A stretch of 64,000 bases of DNA, from positions 113,400,001 through 113,464,000 of the forward strand of contig NC_086107.1 in assembly GCF_963921235.1 (NCBI RefSeq), in the 5' to 3' direction. This document shows, piece by piece, positions 52,321 to 64,000 of the stretch. The position numbers were made by a program, and so were the translations under genes. Within the stretch, counting starts at the first letter, position 1. Every line of letters starts with the position of its first letter. Source of the stretch: Mobula hypostoma. Taxonomy: Eukaryota. The notes below the pieces were generated by a model that worked only from the letters and a program-made list of their open reading frames with translations, was not told the origin of the DNA and made no database searches.

Positions 52321-53055
52321 ACACTCCTTGACCACTTTATTAGGTATTTGTGCACAGCTGCTCGTTAATACAATTATCCAATCAGCCAATCATGTGGCAG
52401 GAGCTCAACGCATAAAAAGCATGCAGACATGGTCAAGAGGTAGAGCAGCGGAAGATCATAGACATAAACCCAGTGGCCATTTCATTTGGTGCACCTGTAC
52501 AGCTGCTTGTTAATGCAAATATCTCATCAGCCAATCAACTCAATGCATAAAAGCATGCAGATATGGTCAAGAGGTTCAGCTGTCGTTCGGGCCAAACACC
52601 AAATATCGCTGTGATGATTGTACGTTCTAGTACCAATTGTTTGGCGATAATAAAGTATAAAGTATAAGAATGGGGAAGAAATGCTAAGTGACTTTGACCA
52701 TGGGTAGATTGTTGGTGCCAGACAGGATGGTTTGAGTATCTCAGAAACTGCTGATCTCCTGGGATTTCCACACACAATAGTCTCTGAAGTTTACAGAGAA
52801 TGGTGTGAAAAACCAAACAACACCCGGTGAGCAGCAGTTTTTTGGGCAAAAATGTCTTGTTAATGAGAGAGGTCAGAGGAGAATGGCCAGACTGGTTCAA
52901 GCTGACATGAACTCAAATAACCACACAACAGTGATGTGCAGAAGAGAACCTCTGAACACACAACACGTTGAACCTTGAAGCAGATGGGCTACAGCAGCAG
53001 AAGACCATGAACTTACACTCAGTGGCCATTTTATTAGATACACTCTGTACCTAAT
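52321..53055 (+). mobile_element. Tc1-like composite: tandem 5' ends plus transposase N-terminal half
   Basis: Terminal motif (cagtggcca.tttattag-like) at ~52325, ~52471 and ~53020; coding relic runs from ...GLSISETADLLGF... to ...GYSSRRP. Confidence 0.8.
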
Positions 53056-54729
53056 TTGTCAGTAATTTGTTGGTGAGCAGGCTGAGAAAATAGCACAAAA
53101 TTCAACTTGACTGAGGAATCACTAGATCTGATGAAGGGGGTCTGATGTCCTTTCTACCTCCCCACCCCCACCCCCTTCAGGATCTTTTACTGTTTCTCTC
53201 TGTCTTTCACTTTTCCGTTTGTGCTTTGAAGTCAGTTAGTGAAGTCACCTCATCATCCTCTGTTGAGAGAGGATGTGGCAGCAAGTTTTTTTTATCCTGA
53301 GCAGCAATCTAAAGAGAGGAGTTGGCCGATCTGCCTCTTGAGTTCGGCCTTTTTCTTACTGAAGCACAAGTGATTGGACTGTCACCTCTCCTCATTATTC
53401 CTGGCTGAGCGTGAAAGTCAAAACTCTCTTCCATTTTCACTGCCAAATAGAAATCCACCATCACATAATGCCCCCTGCTTCAAAATTGTCCCATTGCAAT
53501 GAGCAAATAACGTAAAATATAACTGGTAAGAATAAGTTCAGTAATGACCCAACTCGTCCTTTCGATTCTATAGATGAGCTTTGAGGTGAACCTGTCTTCC
53601 GGTGACTGTCTCCTAATGAGGGAGGGGTTGTTCCCGGGACTGTCTGACCTCTGCTCCTTGCCACGAAGCCTAGTTGCTAAGCAGCCAACTATCCTCTGGG
53701 GATTCAGTCCCTTGTCAGAGGCCTGTACGTCAGGATGAATGGCGTTTAAGGTCACCCTCTCACTCCTGGGCTGGTAGATCCTGGGTCAAATTCTGTTTTG
53801 GAAACTTGAGTGAAGTCCAGGATGATCCAGAGGTCGAGAGACAGTTGCAAGGCCTGAGAGTCTCAGACAGACAAGACATATGGAATATGAAAAGTCCTGG
53901 GATTCCTCAAAAAGCATATTGAACAGGAATAAGGCATTGTGGACCCTAATGCAGAGTTCGCATCAGATGCAAGATGCAATGCAGAAAAATGGTCATCATT
54001 GCACTTCATTGAAGAAAAAACAAGTTTTTCAACTGAATACTGTTAAAATACAATGTATTATAAATCAACATTCGAGGTACTTGTACTATGGAAAATATGA
54101 CACATACATATTCATCAAAATTTAACCGTCAAGCTGTCAGTAGAAGTCACCTTGCCTCCTTTGCAGGAGCTTTGTGTTTGTAGGATGGTCCATTCATCGC
54201 CATATTCCCCATGGAAAGCACTGACTACAGGGTGGCAGAGGACCCTGAGGCTGGAGAAATTGCTACATTTACATCAGCTTTGTTTCCAATTTCAAACCGG
54301 CTTCTTGCTGGCAGTTATATCCTTCATCACTGAAGATCAGGTTTTGTATTGTCTGTCCAATTTCCTGTTGCTCTAATGGTCTCCAGAGAACTTCTCTAAT
54401 TTTCCTGTCAGATTACATTAGTAAGCAGTAACAAATAACCTGTCTTTCTTTTTGGCTCCCTGCACCAGATTCTTCAGAGGGAATAAAGAAGATTAACATT
54501 GTCCACTTTAAATAAATCTTCTGCTGGTTGACGTTCTGGTGGAGCCTGTATTGTCCTCTTCAACTCAGGTACAGGAACCAACACAAGAGGGAAGTTCAGA
54601 AGGAAACATGTTAAAAGACCTCTTTTCGAAAGTGGAGGCAAGTCTTTTAAAAGGAAACCTGAAGTTGAAACTCCTTTGGTGATTGATCTTAACATCAGAC
54701 TTACAGGAGCAGATGGCACGATTCCATCC

Positions 54730-55542
54730 CTATATTGACTGGTTACTGTATTTGCTTTGAACTTCTTTGAGGGAGAGGTACGCATCAGTAGGCTGCACCA
54801 GATTCAGAGACATAGTCTTAAAGACACTGGGGTTCTGCTGGTTAAAACCATGCTGAGAAGAAGACACGTCTGGAACCTTTTCAAACACTGACCCATTGGA
54901 GACAAACATGCTTGCTGCCTCGTCCTTCATATCTGCCAACAAAGCATGAGGCCCAAAGAAACAATCTGAGGACCCAAAGGCGGGGAATTGGGAGACAGCA
55001 TTGGGAGAGATGTGGGACTCACTCACTGAGTGTTCGTGGCTTGCCAGGTGATCAGGATGTGGTAGACATGTTGGGTCTCCATGTTCTCTTGGTGGCCTGT
55101 CTATTCCCTCCTCAGAGCTATCTCCGGTGACATGAGACGGGGACTCTCCACAATCCAGCTCCATCCTCTGCTTGTCTGTGGAAAAGGTGCAGGGGGAGTA
55201 TTGCAGACTGCTGTCATAGAGGGAATCATCGGAGGAGCTGAGGTAGAGGTATGATTCACTTTTCTCGCTCCCGGCTCCCAGCTCATCTCGGTCATAGCTA
55301 AAATAAACTTTGCAAGGATACGCTTCATACGAGCTGGGATAATTGCACCAGAAGTAGCCCTGGTTGGCAAAGCTGGATATGGAAGAGTCACTGATACTCT
55401 TGAAGCCGCTGCTGTCTGACATGAAGTTCTGCTTGATGAACAACTGCGAGTCTTTGATTTCTGAAATTTCCACCGAGGAGATTTCTGTGCCCAGCTCTTC
55501 CGTGCTGCTGAAGGAAGCTGGGAACTTAGTCCCAATCCATTT
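54730..55542 (-). CDS. IL2RB: IL2RB terminal coding exon (cytoplasmic tail, 270 aa plus stop)
   Basis: Polypyrimidine tract and cag acceptor at 55543-55545. Encodes KWIGTKFPASFS...EISSVEISE (Box2-like)...SSFANQGYF...CKVYFSYD...TDAYLSLKEVQSKYSNQSI*. NQGYF, VYFxYD and TDAYLSL are hallmark IL2RB motifs. TAG at 54730-54732. Confidence 0.95.
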   Translation of the reverse strand, partial: KWIGTKFPASFSSTEELGTEISSVEISEIKDSQLFIKQNFMSDSSGFKSISDSSISSFANQGYFWCNYPSSYEAYPCKVYFSYDRDELGAGSEKSESYLYLSSSDDSLYDSSLQYSPCTFSTDKQRMELDCGESPSHVTGDSSEEGIDRPPREHGDPTCLPHPDHLASHEHSVSESHISPNAVSQFPAFGSSDCFFGPHALLADMKDEAASMFVSNGSVFEKVPDVSSSQHGFNQQNPSVFKTMSLNLVQPTDAYLSLKEVQSKYSNQSI

Positions 55543-56029
55543 CTGAAGGGACAAAAAGAGAAAAAAGAGACAAATTTTAAACATCAAAAAGGTAAACTTC
55601 CCACCAAGGAGAACATTTGGTTTGGTATAACTTCTAAACATCTTTACAATCAATGCACTGTATTTGAGTGATACGGTAGGAAGTATACTACCCCAGTCAG
55701 TACTGAGTAAGATCTCATAAACAGCAGTCTAATAGAGACTGGATTATTATGGTGACATAGGAGGCCATTTGGCCCATTGACTTTGCTGCTGCCTTTTAGA
55801 TCAATCCTATCAAAGTTCAAAGTAAATGCATTATCAAGGTACATCTATGACACCATATACAACTTTGAGATTTGTTTTCTTGCAAGCATCGTCAGAAAAT
55901 CCAAGAACCATAATAGAATCAATGAAAGACTGCACCCAGAAAGGAGAACACGCACCAACATGTGAAAGACAACAAATTGTACAAATACTGAAGAAGAAAG
56001 AAATCGTAGTAATAATAAATAAGCAATAA

Positions 56030-56686
56030 GGAGGAGAAGATGGCAGCGCAAGGGCAGCACGTGCGGCCTCTCCGGTGATGAATATCTGTTATCTGTCAAG
56101 TAGGGGACCGTGCACAATTCTGATTTGATGGAGACGGATGTGAGAGCACGGAGGAACATCTGGAAAACTTCTGAAATGCCCGCTTCGCTGCCGCTGTTAC
56201 TGTGTGGTAACCAGAATCTCCGGAGCAGAAGGCCCCGAAATCCTCGGCTTTGCGTGTTTCAGCGGCCGGGGCGAGGTCAAAGGCGCTCGGGAGGCTGTAT
56301 TGGAGAGGCTGGTTGGAAGCTCAGAGTTTTCGGACGGGTAGACTCCGGGTTGGCTGCTTCCAAGGCATCGGCAAGTTGACGGTGCCTGGAGGTTTATGGC
56401 AGGGAGTTTCTCCCTTTTGCCGCCTGCTATTGGGGACCCCGGAGTCGATCGACTCGGGGACTTTTGAGACTTTTTTTACTGTGACCATGGTTTGTTCTTC
56501 ATCAAATTATGATATTGCTTTGCACTGCTGTAACTATATGTTATAATTATGTGGTTCTGTCAGTGTTAGTCTTTGGTTTGTCCTGTTTTCTGTGATATCA
56601 CTCCGGAGAAACATTGTATCATTTCTTAATGCGTGTATGCATTTCTAAATGACAATAAAAGAGGACTGAGTGTTCTCATAATCTAA
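56030..56686 (+). mobile_element. Non-autonomous LINE-derived element (aagatggc head, Rex1-like tail) inserted in another repeat
   Basis: GC-rich 5' part starting gagaagatggcagcg and AT-rich 3' part ending gacaataaaa...ataatct; interrupts an aataaataagcaataa...gagatga repeat. Confidence 0.5.
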
Positions 56687-57919
56687 ATACCAAGATAATG
56701 AGATGACAAGTCTTTGAAAGTGAGTTCAGAGGTTGTGGGAACAGTTCAGTGATGGGAGAGCCTGATGGTTGAGGGGTAGTAACCATTCTTGAACCTGGTG
56801 GTGTGAGTCTGATGCTCCTGTACCTCCTTCCTGATGGCAGCAGCGAGAAGAGAGCATGGCCTCGATGCTGGGTGTCCTGATGATGGACACTGCTTTCTGA
56901 CAACAATGCTCCATGTAGATGTGCCCAATAGTGGGGAGGGATTTACCCATAGTGGGCATTCCCTCACTTTTGCCTGGAAGCTATTCTCTCTCAGAAGCCC
57001 ATTCCACCACTCTCCCCACCCAATCTTCCAGTATTGAAGATAATATTGTCCGAAACATTCTTCGGAAGTCAAGAATGAGGAATAAATCTTGTGGTTATGA
57101 GTTATTAGATGTTCAGAACAAAGAGATAAAAAAAAGACAGTGCAGCCACAGGGAACTAACTCCAACCGTAACCAACACACTTCTCTGTAGCGAGGGATTT
57201 GCCTCGTGGTTGGTCTTTAGACCGCAAGCATTCTGACCCGTTGGTACCGAGTCACCAACGTGCAGGGACAGGAAAAGCTGTGGAGGGTTGTAAACTCTAC
57301 CGGCTCCATCCTGGGCACGAGCCTCCAGATCACCGAGGAGATCTTCCAAAGGCAATGCTTGAAAAATGCAGCACCCACCATTACGTCCCCCACCACCCCA
57401 GCACACGCCCTCTTCTCATTGCTACAACAGGAAGGAGGTACAGGCACATCTAATAACTCATAACTCAACGTCCTCTTTCCGCCTCTGTGGTCAGACTTCT
57501 GAACGGCCCGTGAACCCATGGACACTACCTCACTCACTCGCTCTCTTTCTGCACGACTTCTTTGTTTTTTATATGTTCTTCTTGTAATTTATAGTGATGT
57601 TCATGTGTTGCACAACAAATTGCATGACAGTGACGTAAAACCTGATTCTAAAAACTAGTTGAAGCTGGATAGATAAGGGAATTCTCTGAAAAGAACAGAC
57701 TATGAGATGATAAGAACAACTTTGATGAACATCACCGTGACACCTCAAGCTTACAGTCAAAGAAGTTTGGAAAAAAACGGAACCAGCTATCTACAGTTCA
57801 CTGAAAATCCACCGAATATTTACAAATAGCTGATTATACAAACGTAGAAACAAGCGTACAGAAATTTAAGCTACAAGAAAAATTATAATTTTAGATTCAG
57901 ATTTAGAGTTGTTTATCAC

Positions 57920-58670
57920 ATAGAACATAGAAGAGCACGGCACAAGCACAGGACCTTCGGCTCACAATGTTGTGCCAAACCAGCTGGAAAGTAATTCAGG
58001 CACTAATCCCTCCTACCTACACAATATCCATGTCCCTCCATCTTCCTCACATCCATGTGTCTGTCCAAACATCTTTTAAAAGCCTCTAATGTATTTGCCT
58101 CTCCCACCATGTCAGGCAGTTATTCCAGACATCCACCACTCTCTGAATAAAACACTTACCCCTCACATCCCCTTTGAAGCCACCCCGTCTCACCATCAAT
58201 GCATGCCCTCTGGTATTAGACATTTCTAACCTGGGAAAAAGATACTCCCTGTCTACTCGATCTGTGCCTCTCATAATCTTATAAACCTTGATCGGATCTC
58301 CCCTCAGTCTCCGACACTCCGGAGCAAACAACCCAAGTTTGCCCAGCCTCTCATGATAGCACATCCCCTCTAAACCAGGCAGCGTCCCGGTAAACCTCTT
58401 CTGCGCCCTCTCCAAAGCCTCAACGTCCTTCCCATATGTACACTGAAACATACAGTGAAATGTCTTATTTGCATTAACAACCAGCACATCCATGGATGTG
58501 CTGGGGGAGGCCAGTATATTTAAAGTGGAAGTTGATGGGTTCTTGATTAATAATGGCATCAAAAGTTATGGGGGTGGAGGAAGGATTGAGAGGGATAATA
58601 AATCAGCCATGACGGAATGGTGGGGCAGACTCGATGGGCCAAATGGTCTGATTCTGCTCCTATGCCCACA
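57920..58670. mobile_element. CR1-type LINE 3' fragments
   Basis: GKDVEALERAQKRFT...RGDPIKVYKIMRG on the minus strand; CR1 tail on + at ~58500-58670. Confidence 0.85.
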
Positions 58671-59799
58671 AGTGGTGTCACACCTTCTGGTGCCAATGTA
58701 GAATGCCCACAATGTTGAGCAGGACAACACGGAACATGACAAGCACAAAACAACGAGCAGCGAAACAAGTCCTGTTCTTTCCTCCCACCCACCCGTGCAC
58801 ACGCGCTGCCCTCTAACCGTAAGACAGGCCATCTCCTTCAGCCTCCAGTGGACCCGCGCACGGTCAGATGGTGAACCATGACCTCCCCAGCGGACAACAG
58901 AACATACCAAGCAACGGCAAACTGAGCCCTGCTCCTCCCAATTTTCCCACCAACCCATTCAATCCTTATTTCATTCAGCCAGAGACTCATTCCACCGGGA
59001 TGCAGCACTGAGCGTCATAGGAAGTCATTCCTGCCTGTGGCCATCAAACTTTACTACTCCTCCCTTGGAGGTTCAGACACCCTGAGCCCATAGGCTGGTC
59101 CTGGACTTATTTCCGTCTGGCATGGTTTACATATTATTATTTGATTGTTCGTGGTTTCGTATTGCTATGTTTGTACTCTGTTCTTGGTTGGTGCAGCTGT
59201 AACGAAACCCAATTTCCCTCAGGATCAATAAAATATGTCTGCTATCTATCTATCTATCCAACACAATCACCTGACATATATGGCAGGAGTAGGCTATTCA
59301 AACCCTTGTGCCTGTTCTGCTACTCCTGAATGGCCTATAAACTCTTCACCACTTTCCTTAACATCCAAAAATCTATTGTGCTCTGCCTTGACCATGCACA
59401 GAAACTGAGCCACCTCAGCTCTCCAGTGAAATCGTAAGCGCACGTGGTATTTGTGCTACGTGCTATGTGCTTTTGGTAACCTGAGAGGGCGTACAGGAGT
59501 GGAGAGGTGCCACAGCAACAACCTGGCACTCAATGCATTGTGGACTTCGGGCAGGGCAAGACGAAGGAACACATACTAATCCTCAGAGGGATCAGAAGCG
59601 GACAGAGTGAGCAGCTTCAAGTTCCCGGGTGTCAGGATCTCTGAGGATCTAACCTGGTCCCAACATATTGATGCAGTTGTAAAGAAGGCAAGACAGTGAC
59701 TATACTGTCTATCTCCTCTGGGTGTAGAAATTTATTTTCAATTTAGTCCTGAATGGCTGACCCCTTGTATCCAGACTCTGAGAGGCCAGATTCCCCCAT

Positions 59800-60445
59800 A
59801 ATGGGCAGGGAAGGAGACAGGGAGTGGGGAGAGTGGTGGAGTGGTGGAGTGAGTGGGGGTGGCTGATGGAGAGAGGGTGGGGTGCAATGGGGTCACGTGG
59901 AGAGCGATTAAGGGAGGGAGGAGGGGGAATGAGGGAAGGTGACTGCTGATAGAGGGAGTGAGGAGGGGATGAGGGAGGAAGGAGGGGGATGGAAGGATGA
60001 GGGGATGAGGGTGTGGAGAGAGTGATAAAGGGAGGGAAGGGGGATTAGAATGTTGGGACAGATGTGGGGGAATAGGAGGAATGAGGGTGTGGGTAGGGGA
60101 TGAGGGGTGATGGAGGGATGAGGGTGTGGAGAAGGTGATAGTGGGAGGGAGGAGGAAGATTAGGGTGTTAGGAGGGATGAGAGAGGGAATGAGGGTGTGC
60201 AGAGGGGATGAGGGGTGATGGAGGGACGGGGGTGTGGAGAAGGTGATAGTGGGAGGGAGGAGGGAGATTAGGGTGTTAGGAGGGATGAGAGAGGGAATGA
60301 GAGTGTGTGGAGGGGATGAGGGGTGATGGAGGGATGAGGGTGTGGAGAAGGTGATAGTGGGAGGGAGGAGGGAGATTAGGGTGTTAGGAGGGATGAGAGA
60401 GGGAATGAGGGTGTGCGGAGGAGATGAGAGGTGTGTGAGGAGTGT
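59800..60445. repeat. G/A-rich region with a 108-bp tandem unit (~3 copies)
   Basis: gtgtggagaaggtgatagtggg recurs at 60124, 60232 and 60340. Confidence 0.9.
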
Positions 60446-62559
60446 TGGATGGAGGGTTGAGGGGACGTGGCTGTGGGGAGATGAAGAACAAGCTAGGATG
60501 GGGCTTGAAGTGGATGAGGAGGGAATGGTCCCTGCAGAGGAGAGAAACAACCAGCCTCCAGGAGAACAGTTGTTGGTCATGTCCCCCTGCTGGAGCGTGG
60601 ACACTTTGGTTGAAGTTCGCACATGGTTGCACATTCTACAAGAACCCGTGGTTTCCAGGCCCCTCAGCACTGCAGATCGAGCCAGGGGCTTGTAGAGAAG
60701 ACCCACGAGAGAAATACAGGCCTATGGTCTCAAAGAGCAAGAACATCTGACTGTTTCATTACTTCCCAGGAACAAACCCCAGGGTCACAACCTTCACGTG
60801 GATGGGAGTGAGACCAACAAATAGACCTCTCTTATTTTAAAGTAGAACTCAGACAGGCACGCACACACACACGTGTACACACGCACACACACACGTGTAC
60901 ACACGCACACACTTATGGCGAGAGAGAGTTTGTGGCCTTATTCTCGAGTCGAAGAAACTCAGAATAAAAGAGTCACTGCAGACGGTAATATCGAAACAAC
61001 AGCTTGTTTGTTGGTCTCCCCTCTCGCTGGGGGAGGGACGACACCTCTTTTTCCCTTGTTAGTTAGAGAGACAGCCTGAGGCACGTCAAAGTGTTGGAAT
61101 GGGCTGTAGTTTCTGATGGACTCTAGGTTTTGGTCTCTTTGAGGCTTGAATGTGGTGGGGGAAGTGGCTGATGCTTCCTGCTGGAATAAGTGGGGGTAGT
61201 AAGAGGGAGGAAGGTTGATGCTTTTACTGCTGCTTGTGATTGGGAGGGGTGAGAGGGGGGACTTTGGGGTTCTGATGTTTCTGTCGTGTGTTCTTTGGGG
61301 ATTTCCTCTGTTTCGTGGATGTCTGTGAAGATAAGGATTTCAGGTTGTGTACTGTATACATTGTCTGATATTGAACACATGTGCGCTTACACACTCAAAA
61401 CATTCTGAGCACACGTACAGCACCGCCACGCAGGTGTATACGCACACACACGCACACGCACACAAGTACGTTCACAGATAGAGATGCGCAGCTGTGACTT
61501 TACATAACTTTGACACGAAACCACAAATGGCAGAAAAAGAGAAAAAAAAATACACTAATTAATACTTTGAAAGGAGACATCATATACTAGCTCATCAAAA
61601 TGATATATCCTTTGTGAAACTGCTGTGGTTTTAATCTTCTTAACGTTTCTCCCTCTACAAATGACTCAATGCACCTCTCGAACAGCAGCCCAGTTGCAAA
61701 GGTCAGATTTCAGTTACATTTTCTCAGTCTCTGTCAGCAGGCTTCTCGTGGTGGAGAATGTTAAGCAAAGGCAAGCTTTAACTGAGATAGATGGTGCTCT
61801 CAGTGGCAACTGGTGATCAATTGATCTCTGATACCCAGAGGATGTAGGATTTGGGGCACAGATTCCGGCCACAATCCTTTTGAGCTGTAAAACAGATTCA
61901 AGAGGGCCGTGACAAGACACTTCTCTGGGGATAGTTTGTGGGTACTGTGCAGGTTAATGCCTGCTCTGGGAGTGTGGCTGACTTCAAACAGAGTGGGCGG
62001 AGGAGGGGAGAGATGGAGTTGGGGGCTAGGGGGTGAGGGTGGGAGGAACAGGAGGAGAGAGAAACGGAGCGGGGGGACACTAAATTCTGCTGTCGAAGTT
62101 TCAAAGGAGAAGTTATCTTGCGCATGGTTAAGAAAGTTATGAGGTGCGGGAGCAGGAGCCTGTGCTGAAGTGGGAGGGACTGGCCTTCGTGAGATTGTAA
62201 TCAACTTCACGGCAGCCATTAATCTAAATGCAAGTTACCCACAGAGAAGGCTGCATCTCCCGAGAAACGTACTGTGTCTGCCTCCTTGAACCTGACTTTC
62301 AAATTGAAAATTGTGGCTGATCTGTCCCAACTCTAATCCCACCAATAACAGATTGTTGAAGAAACTCAAACCAGCATTGCAGCTGAGGGTTATCAAAAGA
62401 GGCGCAGAAGAACTCTCTGGAAGTTTATACAATGGAGAATGTTCCTCTACGGAAACTGGACTGCTGGATTATAAAAAGGGACGTGTGTAATGAAGTGATT
62501 GCAAAGGTTCAGGGATTCAGCACAAGGGGAGGGGGTGAAACATCATTAGGCCATATCAC

Positions 62560-62990
62560 CATAAGACATAAGAGCAGAACTAGACCATTCAGCCCATCAA
62601 TTCTGCTCCACCATTCCATCACAGCTGATTTATTATCCCTCTCAACCCAAATCTCCAGCCTTCCCTCCATAACCTTTGATGCCTTGAGTAATTAATAACT
62701 TATTGTCCTCCTGTTTAAATATACCCAATAATTTGGACTCCATGGCCATCTATGGCAATGGATTCCACAGGTTCACCACCCAGGGTTGCCAACTTTTTTT
62801 AATGCCATGGACCAATACCATTAAACGAGGAGTCCTAACCCTGAACCACCTTGTGGCTAAAATCCCTCATCCTTGTTCTAAAGGGACAGAATAGAATCGC
62901 TCTATTCTGAGGCTGTGCCCTCTGGTCCTAGACTCTCCCACGATAGGAAACATCCTCTCCACATCCACCCTATCTAGGCCTTGCAACATT
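62560..62990 (-). mobile_element. CR1-type LINE 3' fragment next to the IL2RB Box1 exon donor
   Basis: Typical ccattcagcccatc...ctctggtcctagactctccc CR1 tail on the minus strand. Confidence 0.75.
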
Positions 62991-63030
62991 CAGTATTGGT
63001 TGCGGCACTGAAGCAACAGTTCTGACTCAC

Positions 63031-63121
63031 CTGGAAGTTGCCGCCATAGGTAGAATTCAGCTCATAAAAGAATTTGCCAGGGTCGGGTATGGACAGCCAA
63101 CGGGGAGTCTTCTTTCTGGAT
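63031..63121 (-). CDS. IL2RB: IL2RB penultimate coding exon (Box1 region)
   Basis: Minus strand reads ttgtctttag|A TCC AGA...AAC TTC CAG|gtgagt; 91 nt, phase 2 in and phase 0 out. Encodes SRKKTPRWLSIPDPGKFFYELNSTYGGNFQ, matching the class I cytokine receptor Box1 (PDP..FF..L....GG..Q) of IL2RB. Splices in frame to KWIG at 55542. Confidence 0.93.
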
Positions 63122-64000
63122 CTAAAGACAATCAAATTCCTCATTAGGACAATGGGTGAAAGGGATGAGCAACGGAGAAGGGTGGAGAGGTGGTGGAAAA
63201 CAGCATCGAGCACAAAGGAAAGGGGATGTAGAGGAAGAAGCAACACATACAGAATGCTGGAGGAACGCAGCTGTTCAGGAACCATCTATGGAAAGGAATA
63301 AACTGTTGACATTTTGGGCTGGGACCCTTCAGCTACTTATTCTCTTCCATAGATGCTGCCGGACCTGCTGAGTTATAGAACATAGAACATCTCTGCAACG
63401 TGCAGGCCATTCGGCTGTGATGTTGTGCTGACCTTTTAACCTACCACAAGGCCAATTTAACCCTTCCCTCCTACATAACCCTCCACTAGCCTAAAACTAG
63501 AGGGTATAGATTTAAGGTGAGAAGGGGAAGGGCCTGAAAAGGAGCTGAGGGACACAGAGGATGGTGGATATAAGGTACAAGTTACCAGAGGAAGGGGTAG
63601 AGGTGGGTACAACACTAATGTTTAAAAGACATTTGGACAGGTACACAGCTAGGAAAGCGTCAGAGGGATATGAGCCACATACAGGCAACTGAAACCGGCT
63701 CAGGTGGCTAACTTAATCAGCGTGATAAGTAGGGCCTGTTTTCAGGCAGTATAACTCGATGGGCTTGTTAAGAAAAGCTGAAGAACTTGCATGTTCTATC
63801 ACAAGTGCTGACCGGTTTCATTTATTATGGTCAACACAACACAATCGTTCCCTCGAATCTAATCAACCAGCTCCAAAGCCTGGGCCTCTGTAGCTCCCTC
63901 TGCTACTAGGTCCTCAGCTTCCTCAGTGGGAGTCCACAGTCTGGGCGGATCGGAAACAATGTCTCCTCCTTGCAGACGGTCAACACTGGCGCATCATGGA

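Noticed and set aside
55543..55653. N-terminal hydrophobic extension of the 307-aa ORF (FLMFKICLFFLFLSLQ)
   Set aside because: This is the intronic polypyrimidine tract read in frame, not a TM segment.
59738..60706. 322-aa Pro/Ser/His-rich ORF in the IL2RB intron
   Set aside because: Low-complexity 108-bp repeat. The flanking IL2RB exons already join in frame (NFQ|KWI) without it.

Overview
Repeat-rich vertebrate genomic DNA. The mix of CR1/L2, Rex1, RTE, Penelope, Tx1 and Tc1 relics plus V-SINE-type elements suggests a cartilaginous fish, probably a ray (inference). Two host genes lie on the minus strand and are only recoverable by splicing. (1) The last two coding exons of an IL-2/IL-15 receptor beta chain (IL2RB): the Box1 exon at 63031-63121 and the terminal cytoplasmic exon at 54730-55542. 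(2) The first three coding exons of a matriptase-family type II transmembrane serine protease, most likely TMPRSS6: 25624-25707, 11718-11832 and 2849-2991, preceded by a CpG-rich promoter with HNF4/FOXA/HNF1-like motifs. Between the genes are two large C-rich minisatellites: an 18-bp array at ~29.1-32.3 kb and a 33-bp array with higher-order blocks at ~40.1-48.6 kb. Most ORFs in the supplied track are repeat artefacts or transposon relics. I found no unambiguous new biological system. The best leads are an IL2RB tail with extra tyrosines and a C-terminal YxxQ motif, a possibly SINE-derived minisatellite interrupted by a Tx1 element, a triplicated splice donor, two solo LTRs near TMPRSS6 exons, and a diverged duplication in the putative IL2RB 3' UTR. 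Comparisons with human proteins and repeat consensi are from memory and need alignment.
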